Shown here: piece by piece, positions 11,015 to 22,158 of the stretch
Layout: every line of letters starts with the position of its first letter
How positions within the stretch are numbered: position 1 is the first letter of the stretch
Source of the DNA: Rhynchopus sp. YZ270_cl-10
Lineage: Eukaryota
Direction of reading: 5' to 3'
Assembly: GCA_964035575.1 (NCBI GenBank)
Contig: OZ037842.1
Location: 496,001 to 560,000 of the forward strand
DNA: 64,000 bases
Program-made: the position numbers and the translations under genes
The notes under the pieces: generated by a model
The model's input: the letters and a program-made list of their open reading frames with translations, nothing else
What the model was told of the DNA's origin: nothing
Databases searched by the model: none

Positions 11015-13736
11015 CTAGAACAGCGCGGGGTAGACATAGAGCTCCCGCAGTGGTGGGAGAGCATTCGAGCGTGCCTCGGCGATGAAGGCATGCACAGAGT
11101 CAGTGCCTGCCAGAGTGCACCCCTCCATCTCCTTCTCTGCCTCGTCCAGCTTCCCTTCGTAGATGTAAAGAACTGCCTGGTTCAGGTGGCGGTAAGGGTC
11201 CTTGCTGTCCTGCTGGTCAAGTTGGTACATCCATTCCTCGTTCCCAGCCTCGTGCCGTGAAATGATCTCATGCAGCATGGTCGACCTGTTGTTCAGTGTC
11301 GCCACCTTAACAACCTTCCGCAAAACAAGACGCTGTTTCGCTTCATTGCATACATCTCCACACGCAAGGAGCTGCACACCCCACCGCCGTCCACACCGCT
11401 CAAGGGCACGCACGTTGCACGACACAGCTCCAATGATTCCGTACTTCTTCAGCCCTGTGCAACCCATTGTCCCGCACATCGCCTTCCCTGAAGACACTCC
11501 GCAGTTCACCTTCAGGCTCTCTCCAAGTGTGTCACGGATGTGTAGTCCTAACTCTGCAGCCTTGAGTCTGAAGTTTGTGGAGTAGAGAGCTGTGTTGAAG
11601 GAGACGGTGATACGGTCGCCTGACACGTCTTCGATGATGCCACGGAACTTCTTTGCACCGGCGACCATTGTTTCGCAGTAGCGTGTCAAGACCTCGCCCA
11701 CGGAGTGTGTGCTGGTCATTGCGTGGAGCTCGGCTACGTTTGAAACGAAGAGGGCCACACTTTTGCTCTTGAGGCCCTGTCCAAACACATGCTGCCCGTG
11801 TGCGGCAACGTTTGCAGCACTGTTGTTCAGTGACATCGAGTTCGTGACGGAGCTTTGCCTACTACTGGTCATTAAACCAGAGCCAGTATCCTGCTTCGAC
11901 ATGTCAGTCTCGTCCTCGGTCTGAGACTCAACAAGCACACTCTGTGGAAGGTACTGACGGTACTCAATCAGGTTTTTCATCATCTGTTTGAAGGACTGCT
12001 CCATTGCACACACTTCTGAGAGTGAACTCAGAGGCCTATCGGCGTCAACACTATCCAAGTCCATAATAGCAACGTGTGACATGTCCTCCATGAGTTGGAT
12101 CAGAGGCTTTGTGATGCGGAAGACAAGGTACACCGTCAGCCCAATAGGGATCAGCGCAGCAACGACAACAACAATGTAGAGAATCATGCGTGCCTTTTCA
12201 AGGTCGTCGTCCACCTTTGCCTCCTTTGCACGGATGTTCTCCTGTGTTGCTGTGTTCAGATCGTCCACCTCACCAAGGAGGTACTTCCTGTCCACCAATG
12301 CCACCACGTACCAGTTCAGACCACGTTCGTTGTCGAATATCTTTACCCTGCGAAGTGGGGATAATTGAATGGGGTAAGGATGTGACATACTTAAGAAAGA
12401 ACTCCTCGCCCTGAGGGGAGCGTGTCGTGTTCATCATGAAGGACCCGGGGGCCATTTGCTGCGCGAGCTTTTCAGCATTGGTTGTGGTGTATGTTTCGTT
12501 GACCACATGCTCCAGCGTGAGGTAGTCCACTGTGCCTGCAACCAGTGGGTCGTCGGTGTCCTTTGCAGGCATGGGGTAGGCACTGATCCTGTCCTCGCCG
12601 TATCCACCCCTGTCAGGCTCATGCACGAAAGACCTGTAAAAAGAGGAAATGTTAGTAAGATAACCTAAGCATCTGCCACCATGTACAGATGGCAAACCCA
12701 ACAACAAACTATGCGGTGCACAAAATGGTGAAAACAAAACATACGATCCGTGCGACGTCCCTGCCATGTACCAATGCTGCCAGCCCTGGATCACCCAGTT
12801 GTTGCGCACCACCGCAAACACGCGTCCTAAACTGCCCTGCCCAAGGTCCAACTCTTGAAGAAAGGAGGTGATTTTGCGGAGGTCTGTGCCTGCAAAGGTG
12901 ATGCCCACACGGTTGCCTGCTTTGTCAGCGTAGACACACTGCGAGATGACCCCTGCATAGTAGCCCAGCGAGGTGAGGGGGGACCAGAGGCTGTACCCAA
13001 TGGGTTGGTAGTTCAGGAGTGCCAGGTGCTTGGACTCGATGTCGTAGAGCTGCATCTGACAGGGTCTGTCAAGAGCCGCACCCCTCGACTCAACGCCAGT
13101 CGTCCCTGTAGCATCGCAGACGGGGAAGACTTCGTAGTGGTCATTGGGGTAGCCGTACGCATCACCAGTCCCGTCGGGCAAAACATCTCCCTGAATGCTT
13201 CTGTTCAGTGCAGGCAGGGTGGTCATGTTGTCGTAGTCAGTGCCGTTGTTAAGTAAAGTGAACATATGCATGTAGCCATCAGGGCGGTTCCCAAGGGTAA
13301 GATAGCTCTCATAAGTTTGTAACGTCTGCAGCTTCGTGGTCACGATGCCCAGCCCGTCGTACTCGTCGAATACGTTGACCATGTGGTAGAAAAGCTTCCG
13401 CCAGCTGTAGATGTAGTCCCAGGAGGTCATCACGTCAGTCTCCTCGGTCATCATCTGGTGGCAGATCTGGTCGCTTGCATCGTGGATGACACTGAAGAAG
13501 GAGGAAAACTGCCTGACAACAGAGTCGGCCTGCTGGTTGAGGTACACCTCCGACAGCTTCACAACAGTGGTGCTCCCAACATCAAAAGCACTGCCGACAG
13601 ACTCCTGCAGCAGGTCTTCTGTGTCACGCAGGGCAGAGTCACCACTCCACACTGCCATCGACGTGCACAGACAGGCCACCGCAGCGATGCAGAACACCAC
13701 AAGCCCGACATTCAGCGCCCTGATCGATACAATCAT
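11015..13736 (-). CDS. Receptor-type adenylate/guanylate cyclase-like protein, copy 2 (3 exons, 855 aa)
   Basis: Exons 13736-12745, 12633-12391, 12347-11015. GT-AG introns of 111 nt (contains TACTAAC) and 43 nt; spliced length 2568 nt is in frame. TM2 ILYIVVVVAALIPIGLTVYLVF, HAMP-like RITKPLIQLMEDM...SEVCAMEQSFKQM, EYRQYLPQSVL helix, cyclase-like motifs GIIEDVSGDRI, CGVSSG, KKYGIIG. Confidence 0.85.
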
Positions 13737-15069
13737 TGTGCAATATGCTGTGAGTGGTGTGTGTGGCGTTTGTTGGGGATGGTGCAGGTGGTCGGGCGTG
13801 CCCCGCGAACTTCGCCTAGTGTAAAAATCACACACGCAGCTAGACCCTGCTGGGATTCATTTCACCAGGCGGTGTTGGAACCCTTCTGCATTGACGAAGA
13901 AGGGAAACATTCAACCAGCCATGAACGAAAGAAAGTTGGAGGTGGGACACAAAATGAGGGATTATGTGTCTTTATTTTCTACACAACTCAAAATGCCGTG
14001 GTAATGTCTCGTAACTTCTCTGTCACGATAATTCCAAACAAAATGTGGATCTGAAAAAATATATGTGGAAGAAAATAAATGAGATGAATGTGCCTTTCGT
14101 GCACATCTGTATGGGAAAAAAAAAGTTGTGAAGATAGAGCCCAAGCCTTTCGTGCTTAGTTACCGATAAAAGAATGGGGTAGGGGAAATAAGGTGACCGA
14201 AAAAACGCTCAACAAAAAAAAATGTAGAATCGCGTTCTTCGGAGCATTTGAAAGTGTTGCAACATCCCGTTGCTATTTTTCGACAATGCTGTGTTTGCTG
14301 CTTTAGGGCCAGCTTTTTCACGATTCTTCGTGGGATACAGTACCCTCTATGTCTTGTTCACTTTTCTGGCATTGTTGACAAATGGTGTAACATTGTTTTT
14401 TGCACGCAAAAAACTGGGCTTGAAATAAAAATAATGTCACTTAGCGCACTCACAAACCAAGGTAAAGGGGGAGTGTTTAGTCCTCGGCTACATGAACGTG
14501 CGTATGTGCACATCGTCTTAGAATAGAGAAATATGGGAAAGGAGAACGAGACTTAAAGTAAAGGGACACCGTAGAAGCTGCCAAGGCCAAACGACATTCA
14601 CCAGTGTTTTCAAACTTGGGTTGGGGCCAAGTTGTTGATAGCGGCGAAACCAAAGACCATTGCCAGCATTTCTGGGGGTATCCTCTCTGAATACAGAAGA
14701 AAGATACGAACAAAAAAAAAAAAAAAAACAAAAACAGAAAATACCTGAATACATAGAACCGACTTTGTGATGTGTGGGAGGTGGGAAAAGAACAAATTTA
14801 AAAAAAAAGAAAAAGGCAGTAAAGCAGATCATGGCTTCGAACACGTAGTGCGGAACTGACTGCACAGCGAGCTTATAATATGCTGGAGACAGTCTTCACT
14901 GTCTATATGGCAGCTACACTACACACAACGTATTTTTTTTTTCTTCGTCTTTTGATAAATTGTTGGAGTAGTGTAGTTGCCTCGGTTGTGTTGCCACAGT
15001 TGTGCAACCTCCACTTTTTTTTCACTGTAACGCACTGTGGGTTTTTTTTTTTTTTTTTTGTATCGACAA

Positions 15070-15367
15070 CAGGCTCTCCGCTAGGATTTCCGATTTTGAA
15101 AATATTCTGTTGATGGTCCACGTTGGTGGGGTACATGCTTGCGCCGCAGGCGCACGGTACGCAACTTTTTTTTTTACCAACGCCCGATTTTGACTTTTTT
15201 GGGACGTTTGAGCACTCACCTCTCCATATCTTCTTCTCCTGAGCTTTTTTGACAGGTAGAACGGGTCTGAACCACTTAGCAGAACTTTTTTTTTTTTTCT
15301 TTTTTTCCCCATTTTCAAAAAGTTCTGTTGACAATCAACAGAACTTTAGTACCTAGCGGAGTGCCTG
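15070..15367. mobile_element. hAT-like MITE, 298 bp (copy 2)
   Basis: 16-bp TIRs and perfect 8-bp TSD ATCGACAA (15062-15069, 15368-15375). Confidence 0.9.
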
Positions 15368-16100
15368 ATCGACAATCACCCTTATTGAACCTTTTCTTCC
15401 GTGCAACGGTTTTGTTGCAAAGAGAGCCATCTCTGAGCAAAGAGAGGGTGCGCGACTGACAATACAGATCTCATAAAAAAAGACAATGTCGTGTGTTTGA
15501 TACACACGCACACTGTACAAAAAAAAAATAGTATTTCAACATGTGCATTCAATAAATTGATAGCATAGAGGAGTGATCAACAAAAATGCTCCCATCAAAA
15601 AAAAAAAAAAAAATAAAATAAAGATGACCCTGAGCTTCTCGTGCTAAGTCGCCAAACAAAGGAAAAAAAAACGCACAAAAACTAAACTAACATTTTTGCC
15701 ACTTGATTTGTCCTCACTAATCTACTACTGTGTCTTTCCGTCCCGCAGCCATTTTTAGGAAGCCATTTGGCACCCTGGGTTGCGCATTTGATAATTGGGT
15801 GAGGGGAATGATTCAAAAGTTAGATGCATATACTTTCAGTTCACAGAATTGAAAGTATTTGAAAAGGAAAAAGCGTGAGGACGAATATACTGTTGGCTAA
15901 TCAAGTTCAGTTTCTAATAACACTGTGTGTAAGCAAAAAAAAAGCATAGACTGATTGAGGGGTTTGCATTTTGCATTTTGCATTTGCAGATTGCATTTTT
16001 TTTTTCAAATGCTGTAAGTGTCAGAAAGATGCAGAGCAAGCCCAAAGAGGCACTTTTTGGGATGCGCGTATCAGCGTGGGCAAACAGAAGAAAAGTTTAT

Positions 16101-16135
16101 AAGATGAACCTAAGCCTCTCGTGCTTAGTCACCTT
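16101..16135 (-). repeat. Representative copy of the dispersed 35-nt hairpin family (~17 copies in the window)
   Basis: Plus-strand consensus AAGATGAACCTAAGCCTCTCGTGCTTAGTCACCTT; copies are listed in the findings. Confidence 0.85.
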
Positions 16136-17227
16136 GAATCATAATAGTTATCGCACAGCACCAGCTAAAAGTGTCAATAATATTTGCATTTACAGTAAAA
16201 CGTCAAAAATTAGAGGCTTTTTCACTGATTGTGTTCCAATTTCAGCCACGCTGATATGGCTTAAATTGTGTGTGTATTTGTTTTTTTGGGAGGGGACAAA
16301 AGGTGGGTCGATGGACGACAACTTTTCGTGCCAGCCTTTGATAGAAAGGAATATTATTGAAGCAGGCTTGTATCAGGACAACCTGGCTATAATTTGTAGG
16401 AATATGTTACGTAAACACAACGAATGCTGGGACACAGGGAATCCACTTAAAGCAGTCTCCATTTTGGAAGCACGCGAAAAGAGCGAGCCAAAAATCGGGT
16501 CTGCTGGCAACACATGTCACAGCCACACTGCGGCGATTTACATTGTTGATAAAGGGAGGAGCACATTGTATAGTAAAAATATGTGTGCAGGCCACACAGG
16601 GTAGTCGCTGGATTGTGGTAAGTGTCCGTCATAGTACATAATACACGTCACAATACAGTGTTGATGTATTATGTATTATGAGGGGTAATTATCACAATGC
16701 AAGCCACCACAAAAAGGGTACAGCGGTTTCCATTCTTTCAAAATAAGTCAATAAAAAAAAAGGTTTGGAATTTGACCTGAAACTTGACCTGAAATACAAC
16801 AGCCCGCTCGTGACAGTGTACCTTTGGTCACCTCAACAATGCAGTTCTACATCCATTTCGTGGTTTACACCTGAAGACAATGAAAATAAAGTTGGGCTGG
16901 AGTGACCTGATCTAGGCCTCTGTCGTTTATTATTTCAGAAAAAAAATTACTTCAACACAGACCTCTCAATAATGGACGTACCCTGCAGTACGTGACAACA
17001 AAAATGCTCGAGAGACTCGTTCCTCTTTGCTTGCTGCTCAAAAGACTATAAACGGGAGGGAGAAGGATAAGGGTTGTTTGTTCGCTACACAAAAGAGCAC
17101 AGGGGAGAAAAGAGAGCGGGGGTAAAACAAGCGGGGAAGGGGATACGCAGACGCGCGACTTTTCACGAGGGTCTCGAGCATTTTGTCAAATACTACATAT
17201 TTACTAAAATAATGTTTCATATACATT

Positions 17228-17585
17228 CATGGAAAACAAAAGATCTTAGTAAGAGGAAATTTTTTTTGAGCGGGGTTTTGATATCTTCTTAGTTTTTTTT
17301 TTCCACTAAGATCTTAGTGGAAAAAAACACCAAAAAACTAAGATCTTAGTTTTTTTTCTAAGATCTTAGTTTTTTTTTCTAAGATCGTAGCCACTTTATT
17401 TTTAAGATCTTAGTTTTGTTTTTAAGATCTTAGTTTTTTTTGGTGGAAACTAAGATCTTAACAAAAAAAAACTAAGATATTCAACACAAAACACTAAGAT
17501 CTTACTTAATTTTAAGAAAACACTAAGATCTTAAAAAAACGGTGTTTTTCGCTCATATCTTAATTAAGATCTTTTGTAATCCATG
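17228..17585. mobile_element. TIR element composed of palindromic CTAAGATCTTAG subrepeats
   Basis: TIRs CATGGA(AA/TT)ACAAAAGATCTTA; direct flank TACATT on both sides; more than 10 AAGATCTT-type palindromes. Confidence 0.75.
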
Positions 17586-17831
17586 TACATTCTTTTTCTA
17601 ATGAAAAGAAGGTACAGAGGGTGCTAAAAAAAAAGTACCCTTGCTTTTTTAAAAAATTGAAAAAATAACTCACAAATCCCCACAAAGCGCCCAACCTCCT
17701 TCCGCACACGACCGCCTCATAGGCGATTCGCGCGCAAATGTGGGGCTCAATAATGGACATAGTTGATTGTAATAATACTTTTTGCTGATTGCTCAATTAC
17801 CCTGTGAGGGAAATTGGATCTGAGGAACTAA

Positions 17832-18841
17832 AGGGACGGTGGACCTATTATCCACCCTAAAATTTCAGATTTTCGTTTTCAGACCAAATTTTAAGTCGAT
17901 TAAAAATTGTTATTATCCCGCTGCTATCCCGCTGTTGTGCCGCTACTATCCCGGTCACTGTTTCCCCCCCTTTTTACCCTTAAACATACACAATCCTGTA
18001 AATCAGAGATTACGCTCCACGTGAGGAACGTATGGAAATCCATACGTGAATTGTTTTTGAAAAGGTGGAATCCATACGTGTCCATACGGAGGTAATTTGG
18101 GTTTTGGATTGCGGCTGGGGTGGGGGTAGGTGCGGGGCGGGGGCTCCGACCCGCCTCTCACCTACCCCCCACAGAATTCTACTCGTAGGAGACAATTTTC
18201 TTCTATTTTACCGGATGGGGGAATGCAGCATGGCGAAAGAAAAAAGTAACGTACCGTGCGCCTGCGGCGCTAGCTAGCGTGTTGCGGAACCTCTGGAAGC
18301 TCTCCGGGATGTTGTGATGGTGATTGAAGACGACGAGACCGAGGACGATGGTGCGAGCTTTTGGCGGCAAAGCCGCCAAAAGCCCTCCCGAAAGGAAAAA
18401 AAGCGCCTGGACGCGATGTTCAGCGCAAAAGGCAAAGGTGCGCAAAGGCGAGGTGAAGGAGGAGCTGCTGCAGGTGAAGGAAAAGGTCTTGGAGGTGGAG
18501 CAGCCGGACAGCCCTGCGGACTCTGAGGTGATGGAGATAGATGCCCCAGCAGCAGAAGTACAAGCAGCCCAACCTGCCCAACCAGCCCCACCATCATCCT
18601 CAACACCCTCTGCCCCAGCTGCAACGCCAGGAAGGAAGATGGCCTTGCTGCAGCCTGCGCCGGCAAAACCGGCATGAAAGCGAGCACGCAAACTGGCCGA
18701 ACGCCAGAATCCCACCCCAAAATTTTAATAAAAAAAATTTTACCATCCCAAAAGTTAAAAAGTTAAAATTTAACTCCAAAACAGGGGGACCTATTATCCT
18801 AGGGATAATAGGTCTACCCGGATAATAGGTCCACCCCCCCT
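17832..18841. mobile_element. TIR element (Kolobok-like ends) carrying a GC-rich coding-like insert
   Basis: Ends AGGGACGGTGGACCTATTATCC / AGGGGGGGTGGACCTATTATCC; flanks CTAA and TTAC (degenerate TTAA). The superfamily assignment is tentative. Confidence 0.55.
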
Positions 18842-19001
18842 TTACTTCTCCTTTAAGCTACGCTTTGTGGGTATATATAAAAAAAAAAAATAAAAAAATA
18901 GAAAACAACTTCAGGGTACGGTAGGACAGATAAATGAAAGAAAACACTTTTTTTTCGTTTATCGCACCGCAAAAGGCATGTGAGTTTTTCACTGCATAAT
19001 A

Positions 19002-20405
19002 CAGTGTGACACAGAATTAATGGCCGATGACGACATTTTGTAAAAATTGTTATATTATTCTAAAAAATAGGCAAAATTTGACTCATTTCATTGCATTTTC
19101 AACTGGCCGTGTATGAAAAGTGTGTGTGTGGGGAAAATATTAACATGGAAATATCCCTTTTTGGTAAAAAAGGGTGTATGTGTAAAAAAAAAAAATACAG
19201 TGTAGCAGTACAAACGAGTGGGTGCACAAAAATAAATAGAGCATGCATTAGTATTTTGTGTGCATTCCGTTGGAATTGCGAACTGCGTCTAGGCGTCGTG
19301 GCATTGACATGATGTAACGTGCAACGAAGCTATTGTCCATCTTGGACCATTCCTTGTTGATGGCACGTTTAAGTGCTGACACGTCTTTGGGCTCCCGTTC
19401 GTTGACTGCAGTCTGCAGCTTGGCCCACAGGTTCTCAATAGGATTGAGATCAGGGGAGTTGCCTGGCCAGTCAGCTTTAGGGAGGAACGAGAAAGGTTGG
19501 GAGGAGAGGAATGCTTGAGTAACGTTCGCAGTGTGGCAGGGTGCCCCATCCTGCTGAAACGTGTAGCTACTGTCAGGCAGGAGTTCTTTTATTTCTTTGA
19601 GCGCTTTCTGTAAGACGAGCGTACGGTACTTCTCTGCATTGAGAGCACCGTCATAGAAATAGAGCTTCGTCTTACCTCTGGTGGTGATTCCTCCCCAGAC
19701 GTGAACCTTCTGCGTAGCCCTGACCTTATCAACGGTTGGGGGCGACTCATCACCATCTGCAACCCAGACAACATCGTTCTTCTTGCTCACCCGAGAAAAA
19801 AGCCAAAAGTCTTTTTCATCGGTGAACATCACCTTTGACCAGTCGGTGTTTCGATGCGTTTCAGCAAACTCTATCCGGGCAGTGATGTTCTTTTCCGAGA
19901 GCTTTGGTTTGCTCTTCGTTTGAACGGGCTTCAGCCCCTTCTCCTTCAGGCACCTGCGGACACTCTCCCTCGAAATCTGTAGTCGCGACGCTACTTTCCT
20001 GCAAGACTGAAACCGCTTGCCCCGCATGTGTCTAACCACCCTATTCTTAACGGTGTCGGTGGTGGCCGATCTCTTGCGTCCCCTCCCTGGCTTGTCCGAA
20101 AAATTCCGCTCTCCAGCGCGGTACTCCTTCACCCACCTACCCAAACTCCTCTTCGCAACGTTCAGCAACTCCGCCACCTCATCATGGCTCTTACCGCCAA
20201 CAACGACTAGCGACGCTGCCTGTAGGCGCAACCCTTCCCTCGTGGCCTCAGTGTTCACTTTACCCTTAACCATTATATTTTTGCTTTTATTGTGTTCCTG
20301 GGCGTAAATATTTTATGTTTTGGGGGTGTTTTGAATATGTCCTTGTCAAAATTTGCCGTTTTTTTATAAAATGTCTTCATCGGCCATTAATTCTGTGTCA
20401 CACTG
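19002..20405 (-). mobile_element. Intact Tc1/mariner (ITm) DNA transposon, DD37E type, 1404 bp
   Basis: TIRs CAGTGTGACACAGAATTAATGGCCGATGA(C/A)GACATTTT(G/A)TAAAAA at both ends; TA on both flanks (19000-19001, 20406-20407). Confidence 0.95.
19248..20273 (-). CDS. Tc1-like transposase, 341 aa
   Basis: N-terminal HTH with GRKR; VMFTDE, FQQDGAPCH, WPGNSPDLNPIENLW; 37 residues between the second D and the E. Confidence 0.95.
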   Translation of the reverse strand: MVKGKVNTEATREGLRLQAASLVVVGGKSHDEVAELLNVAKRSLGRWVKEYRAGERNFSDKPGRGRKRSATTDTVKNRVVRHMRGKRFQSCRKVASRLQISRESVRRCLKEKGLKPVQTKSKPKLSEKNITARIEFAETHRNTDWSKVMFTDEKDFWLFSRVSKKNDVVWVADGDESPPTVDKVRATQKVHVWGGITTRGKTKLYFYDGALNAEKYRTLVLQKALKEIKELLPDSSYTFQQDGAPCHTANVTQAFLSSQPFSFLPKADWPGNSPDLNPIENLWAKLQTAVNEREPKDVSALKRAINKEWSKMDNSFVARYIMSMPRRLDAVRNSNGMHTKY

Positions 20406-21030
20406 TATGTGTTCGTGAAGAAAACCCGAGCCCTTTAGGCGGGCACGCACCATCCATTGTTTTCCATTTCTATTTCGTCAATGCTTGATAACCCAAAATG
20501 AATGTGCCTTTCGTACAGATCTCTGACAAATAAAGTGAAGATGGTACGGGGGCAGGTACTGACACTCCGGTGGGTTATCGAAGAAAAGAAAACAACACGG
20601 GGTGTTGAAAATAGCAAATTCCTGCATAGGTACATAACGTATAGGGGAGTAGGTGCAGACGGAAGGGGTTTACTTCGTTCCCGGAATTATTACTTTTTTT
20701 TGCAAGATGAAGTTAAACCCTCTTATGGATACTTATAGTTTTAGGCCCCAAAAAAAACAAAAGCATGGGGGTTTATAAGATGAACCTAAGCCTCTCGTGC
20801 TTAGTCACCTTGAAAAAAAAGTTGAGTAAAAAAACTGAAGCTTATCACACCGTCAAGAAATCTTCAAAAAAAAGAAATACAATACAATTCAATTCAAATA
20901 AGAAATAACTAGGAACAAAGCTACACAAAGGGTTTTGGGGATAAAACATGATGAGCGGAGAAGTACACGCCTCACATCTGCACAACAGATAAAGCGGAAG
21001 AGTCGCAGATGCTTGGAAAATTCCATTTAA

Positions 21031-21408
21031 CCCTTTAGACCCCAAGCCGTGTTTTGGACTCACTTTTGAGTTGGTTTTTGGGGCTCTCCATCCGATAAAG
21101 GGACCTCATATGCAAATTTTTGATCGTAAAATCTGTTCAAAGAAGCTGCACCTCTGTTAGCAGCATGTCTAAATATCGATTTCCCTAACGATTTACACTG
21201 AAACAGCACTTCATTGCCTGTAAGTAAAAAGGCGATTTTTTTCCACGTTTTTGGGCCTCTCCTGAGAATTTTTTTTCGAATACTTTGCAGTATTGCTTAT
21301 TTTGAAAGATGGGCGCAAAATCTTTCAAAATAAAAAAAAAATAAAAAATGTTTTTTTTACGAAAATGAGCAGAACCTTTCCTATTGCTTGGGATAGGGGT
21401 CTAAAGGG
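21031..21408. mobile_element. piggyBac-like MITE (378 bp)
   Basis: TTAA|CCCTTTAGACCCC ... GGGGTCTAAAGGG|TTAA. Confidence 0.9.
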
Positions 21409-22158
21409 TTAAAACTAAAACTGAAAAAATGAAATTCGTATACTTTCGGGAAAACAGAGCGCATGAGCCTTCAAAAAGAAGTTGACTTGAAATACAAAAG
21501 CCCTCTCGTGACAGTGAACCTTGGTACATGACCGGCTGCACCGGGTGGACACCCAACCATGCGGTCCAAGATCCATTTTTCGTGGTTTACACCTGAAAAA
21601 AGCGTTGATTGCACAATTACCCTGTTGGGGTGATTGGCGACCATATCAGGGAACTATTTCTCCTTCAAGCTACGCACTCTCGTATTTTTACAAAAAAAAA
21701 AGTTTATAAGATGAACCTAAGCCTCACGTACTTAGTCCCCTTGGTCACAATCGTTATCGCACATTAGCTGAAAAGTAAGATGACCGTTAGATTTGCAATT
21801 TTTTGGTCACCTTGATAAAGTACACACCGTCAGAACAGAAAAGACATGCATGCATTGGACGAGAGGGGAAAGAACATAAGGGAAAGAAAACAGAACCATG
21901 CAGAGTTACCCCCTAGCCCCCCCACCCCCCCATCCCCATTTGTACTCATCTCCGCCTTTGAACCTTCCATTCGTGTGGTTCGCATCGTACCTGTTGTGCT
22001 AGTTGTGCGAAAAGGAAATGGTGTTCGTTGATGCACGGAAGACTCTAACAAAAGAGATACAAAGCAAAAACGAAGGCAACTTAAAAGAAAAGAAAACAAG
22101 CAATACAAATAAGACTGAAAGAAAGAAAACGTAGAACTAAAAGATGCGAAAAGAGAGG

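Noticed and set aside
16101..16135. 35-nt hairpin as a hammerhead ribozyme or intrinsic terminator
   Set aside because: No CUGAUGA/GAAA core; the T-run is better explained as target sequence duplicated on both sides at 32108 and 32890.
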